Part shown: positions 15,870-29,679 of the stretch, one piece after another | Numbering within the stretch: the first letter of the stretch is position 1 | Layout of the letters: every line of letters starts with the position of its first letter | DNA from: Eledone cirrhosa | Lineage: Eukaryota | Direction of reading: 5' to 3' | DNA: 64,000 nucleotides | Assembly (NCBI GenBank): GCA_964016885.1 | Contig: OZ024745.1 | Location: 61,442,001 to 61,506,000 of the forward strand | Translations under genes and position numbers: made by a program | The notes under the pieces: model-generated | The model's input: the letters and a program-made list of their open reading frames with translations, nothing else | Databases searched by the model: none | Told to the model about the DNA's origin: nothing

Positions 15870-16290
15870 CATCCCAGTTGACTAAATAATGTAGCTGTAC
15901 CATTTATGTCACCCCAGTCCCTAGCTGACTAAATATTACGGCTCTATTGAGTCTGTACACCCCATCATAGTTGACTAAATACTATGGCTCTACCAAGTTT
16001 GTCTCCTCATCCTAGATGACTAGTATTACAGTTCCGCCTAGTCTGTATACCTCATCCTAATTGACTAAGTATTACAGTTCTACCTAATCTGTACACCTCA
16101 ACCTGGTTGACTAAGTATCACAGTTCTACTAAATATTACATTAAGTATCACAGTTGACTAAATATTACATCCCCACCAGTTGATTATATATTACAGCTCT
16201 ACCGAGTTTGATTTTCACAAGCCCCTAATTGACTAAATATTACAGTTCTACCGAGTTTGTCCCCTCCTCTAGTTAACTAAATATTCATGT
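15870..16290 (+). repeat. Minisatellite, about 41-bp unit, about 10 diverged copies
   Basis: Recurring CATCCTAGTTGACTAAATATTACAGTTCTACCGAGTCTGTACACC-like unit. Confidence 0.85.
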
Positions 16291-17340
16291 GCGAATTTGA
16301 ACACAGAAAGTAAAATTTGTCACCGCTATATCGTTACTACCAGCTATATTCTCTTTATATGACTTAATATTGAAATCAATATTAAATAAAATATTAAAAT
16401 CTTTAAGGATGGTGTAGTGGTAGAAATGGTAGCGAATAAAATAGATACCAGAGTCGGTAAAATACGAATGAAACCCTGCAGAATTGACTTCACCTAGTAT
16501 ACTCCGTCCTGGTAAAGAAGTGCCAGATAGCCGGAAAAAATGACTTTCAATGTTTATTCCAGCTCATTGCATTCTGAGTTCAAATCTCACTGAGGTCAAC
16601 TTCGTTTTTCAACTTTTCAGGGTGGATATATAAAATACCAGTCTAAGGTTTGGTGGACTGTCTGAATCCTTAAAGCGTTTCTGATGCCAGTGTCCACTAG
16701 GCCTTCGGGTTGTTGATATCTTTCATTTTCCCACACACTAGTCTTAGAGGCATTGAAAAGGCTCATGCGTACCGCCATTCTCTCTGACTAAGTGATAAAA
16801 TCCTCACTAGAAATATCTGGACTTGGACCAATTGAAGAAATCAATATTAAAAATCTTGATTTACACATTGGAAATTTGAAACATAGAGAATGAAATCGAT
16901 ATATGTATTCATTTCTTTATAATCATTGTTGAAATCTTGGACATTGTTGTTTTATTTGAGAAATTATCAGCTATACATTTGGAAACAATGGGCACGGATA
17001 TTTTACATTGTTTGTTTAACCTAGCAACGGCTGCAAGGTTTTCTTTTAATGAAACTATTTCCTTTTTTTGCCTTTATAAGAATAATCTTTTGTTTTTATT
17101 TCTAATGTGTCGCATTTTATTAAAATCATAAAATATTGAAATTAGGGTGGCAAATACAAAATAAAACAAAGAGAAAATAAAATGAAAATGAATCAGACAG
17201 GAGAACTATTTCATTAATCTTGTTTGATTGACAAAATCCCATTTCTGGACTAAATTGATAATTATATCAAATATCATGGCGGGAGAATATAACAACAAAC
17301 AAAAGTATATCATAAGAAACAACAACTATAACAACACCAA

Positions 17341-17372
<32 letters not shown>

Positions 17373-17889
17373 TCAACAACAACAACAATATCAACAAAAG
17401 CGAAAATAAACAATGAGAATAACAGTAGCCCCTCTTCACCGCCGCCACCACCACCACCACCACCACCACCACCACAACAACAACAATAACATAAACAAAG
17501 AAAAAACTGTTGAAGCCGTTGTGTATGATGGAGATTATATTTGACAAGAAGCTTATTTTGTTGTTTTCACTTAGCACATAGCGGAGCATATATGAAGAGG
17601 CCTGCTATTTTCTATTTTTCTAGTCTATTTCCTCGAAGCTAGGACGTGTATATATGGTAAATATTGTAAATAATGTAAAATAATGTAAATAGTGTAAGTA
17701 AATAAACATCCTTAAGTATTTAAACACACACACATACACATATGTTTATATATGTATGATTACATACATATATATATACACACCCACACATTTATATATG
17801 CATACATACATACACACAAACTTACAAACACACACAAACACACATATATATATACATATATTTATGTATGCAGGTATGTATGTATATGA

Positions 17890-17938
<49 letters not shown>

Positions 17939-18211
17939 CATATATATATATGTATATATATATATATATGCATATATATATATATGCATGCATATATATA
18001 TATATATATACATGTGTATGTGTGTGTGTGGTGACAAAGCAACAAGATAGAAAATACTTTATCAACAGCGATCTCCAGTAATCAGATTTAATTAAAAAAA
18101 ATATTATTGCTTTAAGAAAGCTTTAGAATACTTTTACACTCTCAATGAATCACCAAACGAATTAAATCAAAGAATATATATATATATTATATATACATAA
18201 TCTTATATATA

Positions 18212-18295
<84 letters not shown>

Positions 18296-18931
18296 TAAGA
18301 ATTGCTGTCTAGTAAGTAAAGCTTTTCTTTACTTTTCTGGGGTTTTTTCTTTCATTTAAATTACAGACGAATGAATGTTGATATATACATTACTCATTGG
18401 ACCATGGAGCATCTATGTGGTTACTCGACCATCAAGAAACTGCAGATACATTTCTTCAAACAAACCTCGTCTTTATAAGAGTAGAAACGACACATAATTC
18501 ATTCTACTGAATCAAGGCGAATCCGAGGCAAGACAACAACAATAACATGTGAAACAACCTGATCGAAATAGTGATCAATTTTTTCCTCAAGTCGCATTCT
18601 ACTCTCTCAAGACAAGCACGCATCAAATATTTTTGACCATTTAACCAGAGTGAGAAAAACAGCGACCACAACCCTTATTTTCTCAAAGCCTCCGAAAATG
18701 ATGGCAGGAAAGGAGAATATTATTCTCAAATCGGATACATAATCCGAACCGGAATCCTTGTTGTTTAGTATTAAAGCGAGTGACATCTTGACTAATACTG
18801 TATCAATTCCGTCAAACCATCTCCGAGGGCGAGTATTTTATTAGGATAGACAAAATCGACCTTGTGCTTTGAATTTTGATCTCAGAGAGCCGGAAAAAAT
18901 AGAATAAGGGATTTTACCTAGGTTTCATGTT

Positions 18932-19082
18932 AAGGCGGCAAATTGGCAGAGTCGTTAGAACGTCTGACAGAATGTTTTGCAGTATTCGTTCCGACTCTCT
19001 AAGTTCAAATTCCATCGTGATCAACTTTGCCTTTCATCCATTCGAGGTCGGTAAAATGTACCAGTTCAGTACTGGGGCCGAT
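18932..19082 (+). mobile_element. tRNA-derived SINE (older subfamily)
   Basis: AAGGCGGCAAATTGGCAGAGTCGTTAG..GTTCAAATTCC..GCCTTTCATCC. A similar copy lies at 20664-20821. Confidence 0.75.
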
Positions 19083-19124
19083 TCTTTCTCTATATCACTT
19101 CCATTCTATCACTCTCGCTATCTT

Positions 19125-19245
19125 TCTCTGGAAGAAATCTGCTGTATTCAGACCTGGAGAGGTGATGTGTTCCGCCATGTTTAAACACGACGTATGACGC
19201 CCCCTCCCTCAACTCCCTCAAGAGTTATGGGTTCATACCATACAA
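19125..19245 (+). repeat. Unclassified dispersed repeat
   Basis: TCTGGAAGAAATCTGCTGTATTCAGACC recurs at 20871-20990 (+) and about 32470-32563 (-). Confidence 0.6.
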
Positions 19246-19527
19246 TACTTAGGTTGTAACAACTTTGTCAATCCACCACCTATATCTGAAATAAAAGATG
19301 CGATTGTTTATTGACTGAAATGTCTTTGTTCATAGCTCTGCTCGAATGACGCTAGCCTGGTGTCCAACAACAACTCGCCCCAATGAGAAATCGCAAATGG
19401 TTAAGTCAGTGGATTTATTAGAAAATTAAAACGGCGTTGTTGTTGATGTTTAACTCGAAGTCAAACTCGATTGAACAGACAGATGATCAAAGGCCTCTCT
19501 CTCCCTGTGTGTGTGTATATTTATATA

Positions 19528-19578
<51 letters not shown>

Positions 19579-19739
19579 CAAGTGCATGTCTTAGTGGTTA
19601 GAATGTTGGGCTTGCAATTGAGAGGTTGTGGAGAGGGGAAACTGCTCCTGGTCTTCCACTAACAACCTCGTCCAGGCTTGAGCCTCGGAGATAAACCAGG
19701 TGTAAAACCATGGTCATTAATGACCGATGGGGGCCTTGA

Positions 19740-19779
<40 letters not shown>

Positions 19780-19904
19780 TACATTGTCTTTTGTCTGCTT
19801 TTTCTCGCAAGTAGTGGAGCAGTTATTTGTTTATTTTCTTACATAATAACTAGGATGTTTCATCAAAGCGAGTGGAGATATCGCTCTGCCTTTCTTTGGA
19901 GAAA

Positions 19905-20234
19905 TAATTGTTTCTACTATTCGCACAAGGCCAGCAAGTAATCAGTACATTACTGGTACTTTATTTTATCGACCCCGTAAGGATGAAAGGCAAAGTTAAC
20001 CTCGGCGGGATTTGAACTCAGAATGGCAAAGGCCGTAACTCTATGCGCCAAAGCATGGCGTCCGACAAATAATTGTTTCTACTTTTGGCACAAGGCCAGC
20101 AAATACCCAGTGCATTACTGGTACTTTATTTTATCGACCCCGTAAGGATGAAAGGCAAAGTCAACCTCGGCGGGATTTGAACTCAGATCGTAAAGGGACG
20201 TAACTATGCTGGAAAGCATGGCGTCCGACCCTCT
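19905..20234 (-). mobile_element. Two adjacent 5'-truncated SINE copies
   Basis: High identity to 9775-9962. Confidence 0.85.
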
Positions 20235-21556
20235 AAATAATGAGTTGTTATTTGTTCATAACATATAGAAATATTTTGGGGTGGGTTAAGAACGGTTAAA
20301 GATTAGTGTAGTTGGGGTAAGGAAGAGGTAAGGAGTGTGATAGTGATTGAAATTAGGAAGTTGAATGTAAAATTGTAGGTACTGGAATGACTGTGGTAAT
20401 TAATGTCCTGGTAGTAATGTGATAAGGTCAGTTGATTTGTAGGTCGTTATCATATTACTTTCACTGTTTCCAAATTTCTAAGTATTTGAGATACACTAGA
20501 ATGCTGAACAGATATCATTGAGTGAAATATATATTTATATGTGGATGAAATAAAAATTAATTTTTAATTGCGAGAGTAATAATAATTGATCTCAATTTAA
20601 ACTTATATGACCCGACAATTAGGTTGTGGAATAATATTTATTGTATATCTAATGAAAGCATCAAGGCGGCGAATTAGCAGAGTCGTTAGAACGTTGGATA
20701 GAGTGCTTTGCGGTATTTGTTCCGGCTCTCTGCTCTCTCATTTCAAATCCCACCGAGGTTAACTTTACCTTTCATCCTTTCGAGGGCGATAAGAAAGTAC
20801 CATTCTAGTACTGGGTCGACTATTCCTCCATATCTCTTTCTCACTTATTTTCTCCCACTTTCTGTTCTTCTCTGGAAGAAATCTGCTGTATTCAGACCGG
20901 GAAAAGGATAGGCTCTGTCAGGCATAAAATACCCAAGGAGTGCTGTATGCCACTACGAGGCCCCCTCGACTACACTAGGAGTTACGAGATTTAGAAGAAT
21001 AAGGATGATAGCATTAACAGTAGGTATTGACCTAAACTTTTCTTCTTGTGGTTATAAGGAACTAGATTGATGGAGTAGAATGAGTTACTTGCTTATTTAT
21101 ATCTTTGTGTTGGGAAGTGTTCAGGTTTAGTTTAATGGGCTTGTGGCAGGAGAAGCACCGTAGAAATGGTGAAAGAGACATATACATGTGCCTGTATAAA
21201 AACGCATACACACCTGAACTATACAAGCAAAACAGATTTATTCATATGTATACACTTCTATATTATGCTAGCAAACAGATTTGCATATACACACACATAC
21301 ATTTTACTATGGGTAGATCTGTATGTATTACGAATTCGCACACACAAAAGCACAGACATGCACCTGCACACACACACTAACGCACACACGTACTCGCGCA
21401 CTCACACACACGTATGGGACAGTACTGCAGTATTTACAAATTCATATGCACATATGTAGCCATACATACACACACGTACACATATACACGTCCATATATC
21501 CTCGTATACATACACAGGCAAATATATTCGTTTTCACATGCACACTAACCCATATA

Positions 21557-21604
<48 letters not shown>

Positions 21605-21606
21605 TA

Positions 21607-22110
21607 TTGGAAGATGTGTGAAATCCTTGGTAGAGTTTGGGATATTTGAAAAAAGGAAAAGAATGACTTCACTTGTAGTTGGTGTTCTAAACAATTTAAT
21701 TTTACAATTTTACAATTTTGCAATGTAGATCTACATACCAAAATTGTAAAAATTATAAAATTATAAAATTAATTGTTTCTACTTTAGGCACAAGGCCAGC
21801 AATTACCCAGTGCATTACTGGTACTTTATTTTATCGACCCCGTAAGGATGAAAGGCAAAGTCAACCTCGGCGGGATTTGAACTCGGGATTTGAACTAAAA
21901 TTATAAAATTAATGTATGGTAGATATAGAGAGGGGGGAGGTGGCAATAATGGGGGTGGGGCTAGGGGATGTAGCTTGAGAAATCAGTAATTGCATAGTGT
22001 ACGGGATTTCTTGTAAAGATCTTCTTTTGTAATATATAATGTTTTTTTTTTATTGTAAAATAAAATAATTAGTAGATTCTCCAGCTGGTGCATCAATATG
22101 AATCACTTAC
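21607..22110 (-). mobile_element. Highly degenerate PLE 3' end, interrupted by a SINE (21771-21887)
   Basis: Weak minus-strand peptide LENLLIILFY..KEDLYKK resembles the PLE C-terminus. The SINE is flanked by a duplicated AAAATTATAAAATTAAT. Confidence 0.4.
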
Positions 22111-22305
22111 AATAAAATTTCGCCGGAGATAGATTAGCAAAATTTAATAAGCGGGTTTTGGAGGTGGGGTGGAATAAAAACCGGGGTGTGTGTGTGTGTG
22201 ACGTATTAATAAACAGGCGGTGGGGACGATTATTCAAGACTTGAGAGTACGTGAATTATTGACAGACGTAAGAATGAAAACTCAACACCAATGTAGAGTT
22301 TAAAT

Positions 22306-22437
22306 ATTCATTTATTATGGCTAAGCCTTGTTACTCTGGAGTCTCACCTTCGTGCTCACCAGATAAGACTAGTGATTCTGTCAGTGCGCAGGGGAAACTT
22401 TAGAGCAACGAAGCTCACCAATAGCCATAATAAATGA

Positions 22438-22439
<2 letters not shown>
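22306..22439. mobile_element. Small MITE-like element
   Basis: About 17-bp terminal inverted repeats ATTCATTTATTATGGCTA/TAGCCATAATAAATGAAT around a 100-bp interior. Confidence 0.45.
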
Positions 22440-22481
<42 letters not shown>

Positions 22482-22485
<4 letters not shown>

Positions 22486-22794
22486 TGAAACAAAATGAAA
22501 ACGAAATTTCATTTCTCACTCTTAGTATGGCACTTACTTAAATGTAAGTATGCATGTATACGTACATACATATATGTATACAGACGTACAGTAGCATGCA
22601 TATATATATATATATATATACATATATATATACATATGCATACAGGTACACATACATATATGCACGTATCAGTTTAGCGGCGCTTATTATAACGTCGCTT
22701 TGTTCGTTTGTAAACGAACAAAGCGACGTTATAATAAGCGCCGCTAAACTGATACGTGCATATATGTATGTGTACCTGTATGCATATGTATATA

Positions 22795-22828
<34 letters not shown>

Positions 22829-22884
22829 CATGCTACTGTACGTCTGTATACATATATGTATGTACGTATACATGCATACTTACA

Positions 22885-22885
<1 letters not shown>
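22482..22885 (-). repeat. Near-perfect 340-bp palindrome (fold-back insert) in (TA)n
   Basis: Arms 22542-22709/22712-22885 with centre TTCGTTT-GT-AAACGAA. One-sided 60-bp extension at 22482-22541. Confidence 0.85.
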
Positions 22886-22921
<36 letters not shown>

Positions 22922-23032
22922 ATGAATAAATTGGGTTTAATACCGGTTTCTTACTAAATGCGAAGAAGCTCGCTATATTAACCACTTAGATTAGGGTACA
23001 GAGCATAATTAAAAAAAAATTAAATATATATA

Positions 23033-23221
23033 TTGGCGGTGGAACTGGGTGCCCATGTACCCCCCCCCCCACATTTATATTTTCTCTCCAAACTACCAAA
23101 CCACATCTATTTGGATATATGCTACAATTTATGTACATCTTCTGACCATTTTAGAGTGTAAACTAAATTATCCAAATTTGCCCTCTCCCCCGCCAATTCA
23201 GATATGCTTCCACCGCCCCTG
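23033..23221. mobile_element. hAT-type MITE
   Basis: TIRs (T)GGCGGTGGAAC ... GCTTCCACCGCCCCTG. Confidence 0.5.
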
Positions 23222-23276
23222 CTAATACACATGAAACAAAATTTAGCCGAGGGATAAATGCAGACAGAAAGGCGAT

Positions 23277-23520
23277 TCAAAATCTCATTTTGTGTGTCTT
23301 TTTTTCGGCAAAGTTTTTAACCAGTTCAGCTAAACCAAGTGAAGAAGAAGCCTGAGCATATTCAATTGATATAGTTGCCAAGCCAACTAGTCTCTCTTGC
23401 AACATTGTAGAGTGAATGTAAGATTTTATAAGCTTGAGCTTTGAACAACTACTCTCACCACTGATACTTGAAGTGTGGGAAGGATCCTCAATGCAATAGC
23501 AACACTAAGGAAATTATCCT
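23277..23520 (-). pseudogene. hAT transposase C-terminal dimerization domain relic, with a hAT-like terminus at about 23811
   Basis: Minus strand reads DNFLSVAIALRILPTLQVS..GESSCSKLKLIKSYIHSTMLQERLVGLATISIE..ELVKNFAEKKTHKMRF*, with a frameshift. Confidence 0.8.
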
Positions 23521-23935
23521 AAAGTTTTTGTTGGAAAAACTCGTGGTCTATAAAACCAAGCAAGTGTAATTGCGTCCCGAAAGTTACGTATACCCGCGAT
23601 TTTCACTCACTCCTTTTGCTTGTTCTGGTTAGACTGAATCTAGCCGGTTATTTGTCCCTGTATGAAATAAACCTGGATAAAAATGACCCTCAATAAAACT
23701 GAAATTTATTTATTTATTTTTCAAAATTGTTGTTGATTTAGAGAAATGCGCCCCGTGAAATCAGCGTCCTACGCGGCTGCCTAGTTTGCCTATATGGTAG
23801 CACCGGACCTGTATATATATATACATATATATATATCAAAAGTAGAAAAAATATATCTAAATCTCAAAGGAAGGTAGAGATAGATATATGAGATTAAATG
23901 CTAGGCGTAAAAGCGTAAAGCTTATTCACACACAA

Positions 23936-23967
<32 letters not shown>

Positions 23968-24001
23968 ACACACACACACACACACATATATAATAGAATA
24001 A

Positions 24002-24190
24002 TAATTGTTTCTACTTTAGGCACAAGGTCAGCAATTACCCAGTGCATTACTGGTACTTTATTTTATCGACCCCGTAAGGATGAAAGGCAAAGTCAACCTC
24101 GGCTGGATTTGAACTCAGATCGTAAAGGGACGTAATTATGCTGGAAAGCATGGCTTCCAACCCTCTACCGATACTGCCAATCCACCGCCC
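24002..24190 (-). mobile_element. Full-length SINE with TSD
   Basis: TSD TATATAATAGAATAATAAT on both sides. Confidence 0.9.
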
Positions 24191-24337
24191 TATATAATAG
24201 AATAATAATGGTTTCTGATTTAGGCACAAGGCCGACAATTTGAGGGGAGAGGAATGTCGATTAACTCGACCCCTGTACATTAAGGGTTTAGATCGATATC
24301 ATTGTTTACAATTTGCTCAACAAATTCATATGTATAT

Positions 24338-24404
<67 letters not shown>

Positions 24405-24549
24405 CGTGGGGTATACTGTACACAATTACATATTTACGCAAATATTCCTGCAACCGTATACACTCTGATACCCCTAGATTTATAAAAAAAAACACGCTAA
24501 TATGCGCATACTGTTTTATACTCACTCACAGTTGTATTTCTATTTAGAA

Positions 24550-25309
24550 CTAGCAGTGGTACCCGGCGTTGCACAGGATAAGGTATTTTGGAATGCGGAC
24601 CCTAGGGGATCAATAAAATAATTTTTTTTAATGTGCATAATATGCCTTGAAATTTCGGGAAAATCGGCTAGACGTAACGCCTCCAAAAAGCCCTAAAAAG
24701 CTGAAAAAATGAAGTTTTTCACCTAATGCGGGCCCTAGGCCATAAAAAAGTTGAATTTTCTTTGCTCACGGTATGAAGAAGAGACTGACTAATACAGAGT
24801 TACCATTTAAAGGAAATAGGTCTGACGTAACGCCTTAAAAAAACCCTAAAAAGCTTAAAACACGCAGCTTTTAACTTGAAATTTTGTATGTGCATAAAAC
24901 TTCCTGAAACATAAGTAATACACATGTAAAGTTTGAAAAAAATCGGTTGGGTATTTCTCGAGTTTTAGGGATTCAAACTCACAGACACACACACACACGG
25001 ACAGACATCCTCAGGGAAGTGGCGTAATGCAGACAGCCAGACATACAGACATATTATAAGGGTGCAGCGTTATATGTATGTATCTATCTAAAAAGAGAAA
25101 GACTAAGAATTATATAGAGAGATCGCTAAATCGCCTAATGCGGTCTCTAGGGCATTGAAAATTTGGATTCTTTTTTTGCTCAAAACACTCCCTGAAACAT
25201 AAGTATTACATGTGTAAAGTTTGAAAACAGTCGGTTGGGTGGTTCTCTAGTTTTAGGGATTCAAACTCACACACACATAGACAGACATCCTCAGTTTTAT
25301 ATATATAGA
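24550..25309 (-). mobile_element. Non-autonomous Helitron
   Basis: Minus strand starts TCTATATATATAAAA and ends with a subterminal hairpin (CCTGTGCAACGCCGGG) plus CTAG|T. Internal duplication about 24890-25012/25180-25293. Confidence 0.8.
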
Positions 25310-25396
25310 CTAGCAGAAAACCACCCGGTGGGCGGTTTTCTGCTAGCAAATCTAGTATATTTATATATTACACACACAGAAATGTATATATATTTC

Positions 25397-25427
<31 letters not shown>

Positions 25428-25953
25428 TACACACACAGAAATGTATATATATTCCTGTGTGTGTATATATATATATATATTACACACACAGAAATGTATA
25501 TATATTTCTGTGTGTATATATATATATATATTACACACACAGAAATGTATATATATTTCTGTGTGTATATATATATATATATTTCTGTGTGTGTGTGTAT
25601 ATATATATATTACACACACACAGAAATGTATATATGTTTCTGTAGCACTCCTCAATTCCCCCCTCTCTCCCTCCCGCTATCCCCCTCTTGTAGTCTGTCT
25701 CTTTCTTTCACTCTCACTCTCTCTCTACGCGTGCGCAAAAAACATTCGCACGCGCGCAGGTGTTTTAGCGTCTATTCACTCTCTCTCTCTCTCCTTCTCT
25801 CCCTCCCGCTATCCCCCTCTCATAGTCTGTCTCTTTCTTTCACTCTCACTCTCTCTCTACGCGTGCGCAAAAAACATTCGCACGCGCGCACGTGTTTCCA
25901 CTGTCGGACAGACAGACAAACAGAGAAATTGCTGGTTATATATTATAAGGAGA
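25310..25953 (-). mobile_element. Second non-autonomous Helitron, head-to-tail with the first
   Basis: Minus strand A|TCTCCTTATAATATATAA ... hairpin ACCGCCCACCGGGTGGT, then TTTCTGCTAG|T. Contains internal tandem repeats. Confidence 0.75.
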
Positions 25954-26423
25954 TATAAGTGTTGAAGGAAATTATATTATCAAATTTAAAGAGTTACGAA
26001 GCTAAGAACAAAAATAATTATTAGAAAACTGATAGTAGAAGTAGATGGTGATATAATATGAATTACGAAATGTTAGGGTTGAGACTATTTATAAAGTTAA
26101 GAAATTATAGGGTTTAGGGAGGAGAGGGATGTTATTTGAAAAGTATCTAACATTTGGTAGAGTTACTGTAATTATGAATGTGATATAGATATGAAGCAGT
26201 TGAATGTTTAGCATCATTATGATTACAATTACTTCAAATTTGTAGCCTACAGTTGCTTTCTCTTTTTCAAGTACACTCAGATGTTTCGCATGTATATTGA
26301 ATTGATTTCTACAGCACTAGAACACTTTGATTTTAAAGAAATAAACAGGAAAGAGTAGATATCTATACTATACTAACGTATTGAGTACCCTTTTAAACTA
26401 TAGTCACCTCCCGATATATATCG

Positions 26424-26720
<297 letters not shown>

Positions 26721-27352
26721 ATATATATGTATATATCAGAAAGGGTGTGGTAAAATGCCAGGTGGACTATAACCCACCAGAGTACTTGATACTTGGCGTA
26801 GTAGAGTGAGTAATATGAAAAGATTCAGGATCCCCGACGGCTGAGCTCCAGCCGTTTCGACAGCTAGCAGCTGTCGAAACGGCTGGAGCTCAGGTGTCGG
26901 TGTCCTGGATCTTTTCACACACACATACATATATATATATATATTTACATAAATACATATAAAAATAGACAAACAAACACTTCTACCCACCCCCACACAC
27001 ACACACACACTCTTTTTTTTCTCTCTACCCTGCTCCAACTTTCCCCTCTCTTTCGCCTTCTCCTTCTCTCTCTATCATCTAATAAGGTACAGTTTGGTAA
27101 TAAATTTTCGCATTCTTTAATCACATAAGATTCCGTTATCTCCCCAGTCATGTCTGATTAGTAATAGCCAAAGGTTTTTGTCAAATAGGAAATGTCAGAG
27201 ACCTGATGGTCAGTCCGTGCCATTCTGCGTGATGCTAAAGTAGATCAGCTTCTTCATATGGTTTCTATGGCTTATCAACAGAACAATATTGATTCATTCT
27301 CTTGATGTCATACTCTGCAGTCAGATAGCAACGAGGCGGGGCATGACTGTAC

Positions 27353-27383
<31 letters not shown>

Positions 27384-27539
27384 TGTATGTATGTATGTAT
27401 GTATGTATGTATGTATGTATGTATGTATGTATGCATGTATGTATGTATGTATGTATGTATGCATGTTTGTATGTATATATATATATATATATATATATGT
27501 ATGCTTGCATCTATCTATATATCTTTCTCTCTCTTTCTC

Positions 27540-27570
<31 letters not shown>

Positions 27571-27575
27571 ACATA

Positions 27576-27639
<64 letters not shown>

Positions 27640-27914
27640 CAGAGAATGAGAGATATTAGTTTAGTTTTACAAACTGGAGATATAGAACTGAATAGGCAAA
27701 GAGGTGCTATACATACGCATGCATACATGCATATATACACAAACATATACGCACAATAAACACACACGCACACATATGCGATTTGAAGCTACAATTTCTC
27801 ATAGCAATTGACAAGTTACGGGATCAAATAAATAATAACAGTTTGGTACTGGCGTCAATTTAATTGACTGCAGCTCTCCACAGATAGTGTGGCCCTCTGA
27901 CAGAAACCATACGA

Positions 27915-27965
<51 letters not shown>

Positions 27966-28150
27966 CACACAGAGGTATCCACAGTAAGTTGTGAGTCTAT
28001 TCTGCATGAAGAACTCAATGTAATCCATATGTTGAAAATGTTGTAGGTTAAGATAAATCTCGGAAAACAATAAAACATTAAAAGGAAAACAGAGTCATGA
28101 TATAAGTTAAAACAATGAAATAAAAAAATCAAGTCATTAGAGATATACTT

Positions 28151-28291
28151 CACTGCTTTACGATCGTTTCTAGATGATGATAATACATTGTAGCTATACT
28201 CCCTATTGATCTATGTAAGGTTAGTTACAAAATATCAGATAAAGAGAATATTTACTTACATGCATATCACCAGCTGTTTTCAAAAGCAATA
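28151..28291 (-). ncRNA. Hammerhead ribozyme, U3:A8 core variant (inverted copy of 30651-30792)
   Basis: Same stems and TTGAAAA core on the minus strand. Confidence 0.6.
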
Positions 28292-29075
28292 ATTTTATTC
28301 AATAATGATTTTATTCAGAATTAGTAGTATGTTAGTATCATGTCCTTATTTGGAGGTAGTTGAAGAACTAACGAATACAATTGTTTTTTTCATATGGTGT
28401 TAAGATGAAAAGTAATACACTTTAGTTGAGGTCATGACCCTTTGAAAGGAATGGTTGAATGGTGTTAATAGTGGAATTGGCATAACAATCTATTAGGAGG
28501 AAAGGGATTGTCAAACTGATAGTTGAATGTATCTGGTATAGTGAAGTTAAAGAGAATGTCAAAATAAATGGTGATTAGTGTTGTATTGAGTTTCTAGGTG
28601 AATATAAATTAAGGTTATGGCTAGGAAAGATAATATATTAAAAGATGAAAATTTTAATAAGATAATGAAATACAGTAATGCGATAATATACAACTTAACC
28701 AACACAATATAGTACGGTGTGGTAAATTGCACTTAGTATAATACAGCATATGGTACGCTCTAAAATACTATCAAGTATGTTTATGCATAAATAATCAAAC
28801 TCAGATAAATACATGTTGGCATAGTTAAAACACTTAAATTTCATAGATTACAAACTGCATATACCCACACTATATATAGAGAGAGGTACAGTTATATTGA
28901 TATCCAACCAAACATATACATACGCACAAATAGATGCAAACCTAAATACATGTTTACACATATGCACATAATCATATACACACATATCCATACATATCTA
29001 TATCCACACATACACACCTATACCCACATATATACATATATATATACATACATACATATACATACATATATATAT

Positions 29076-29126
<51 letters not shown>

Positions 29127-29332
29127 TATATATATGTGTGTGTATGTACACTCCTCATACAGGTACACACACTCATATATAAACACTCATACACCTATAC
29201 TCACATATACACACACACAAACACATATATATATATATACACACATACACACACACACAAACACATATATATATACACACATACACACACACACATACAT
29301 ATACATATATATACATACATATATACACACAC

Positions 29333-29403
<71 letters not shown>

Positions 29404-29679
29404 TAAATATATTTCCATACATAGATATATATTTACTCAAACAATTACGGGTGGTTGTGTACCTTGTTGCCTTTAGTCATTAACGCATAAATCTAAGGAA
29501 GCTAAAACATTAAAAGGTAAAAAATAAGCATGAATGCATATAATTAGGGGAAAGGGGTACTAATACATGGTGGTTTGGTGCTAGGGTTGTATTGTGATTT
29601 TGTGTTCTGTTGTTTTTGTGTTGGTGATTTGGATGGTTGTGTTTTCTAGGTTGAAGGATTGTATTATTTGCCCTTTTAA

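Noticed and set aside
15870-16290. CRISPR-like repeat-spacer array
   Set aside because: Eukaryotic context, spacers homologous to each other, and no cas genes.
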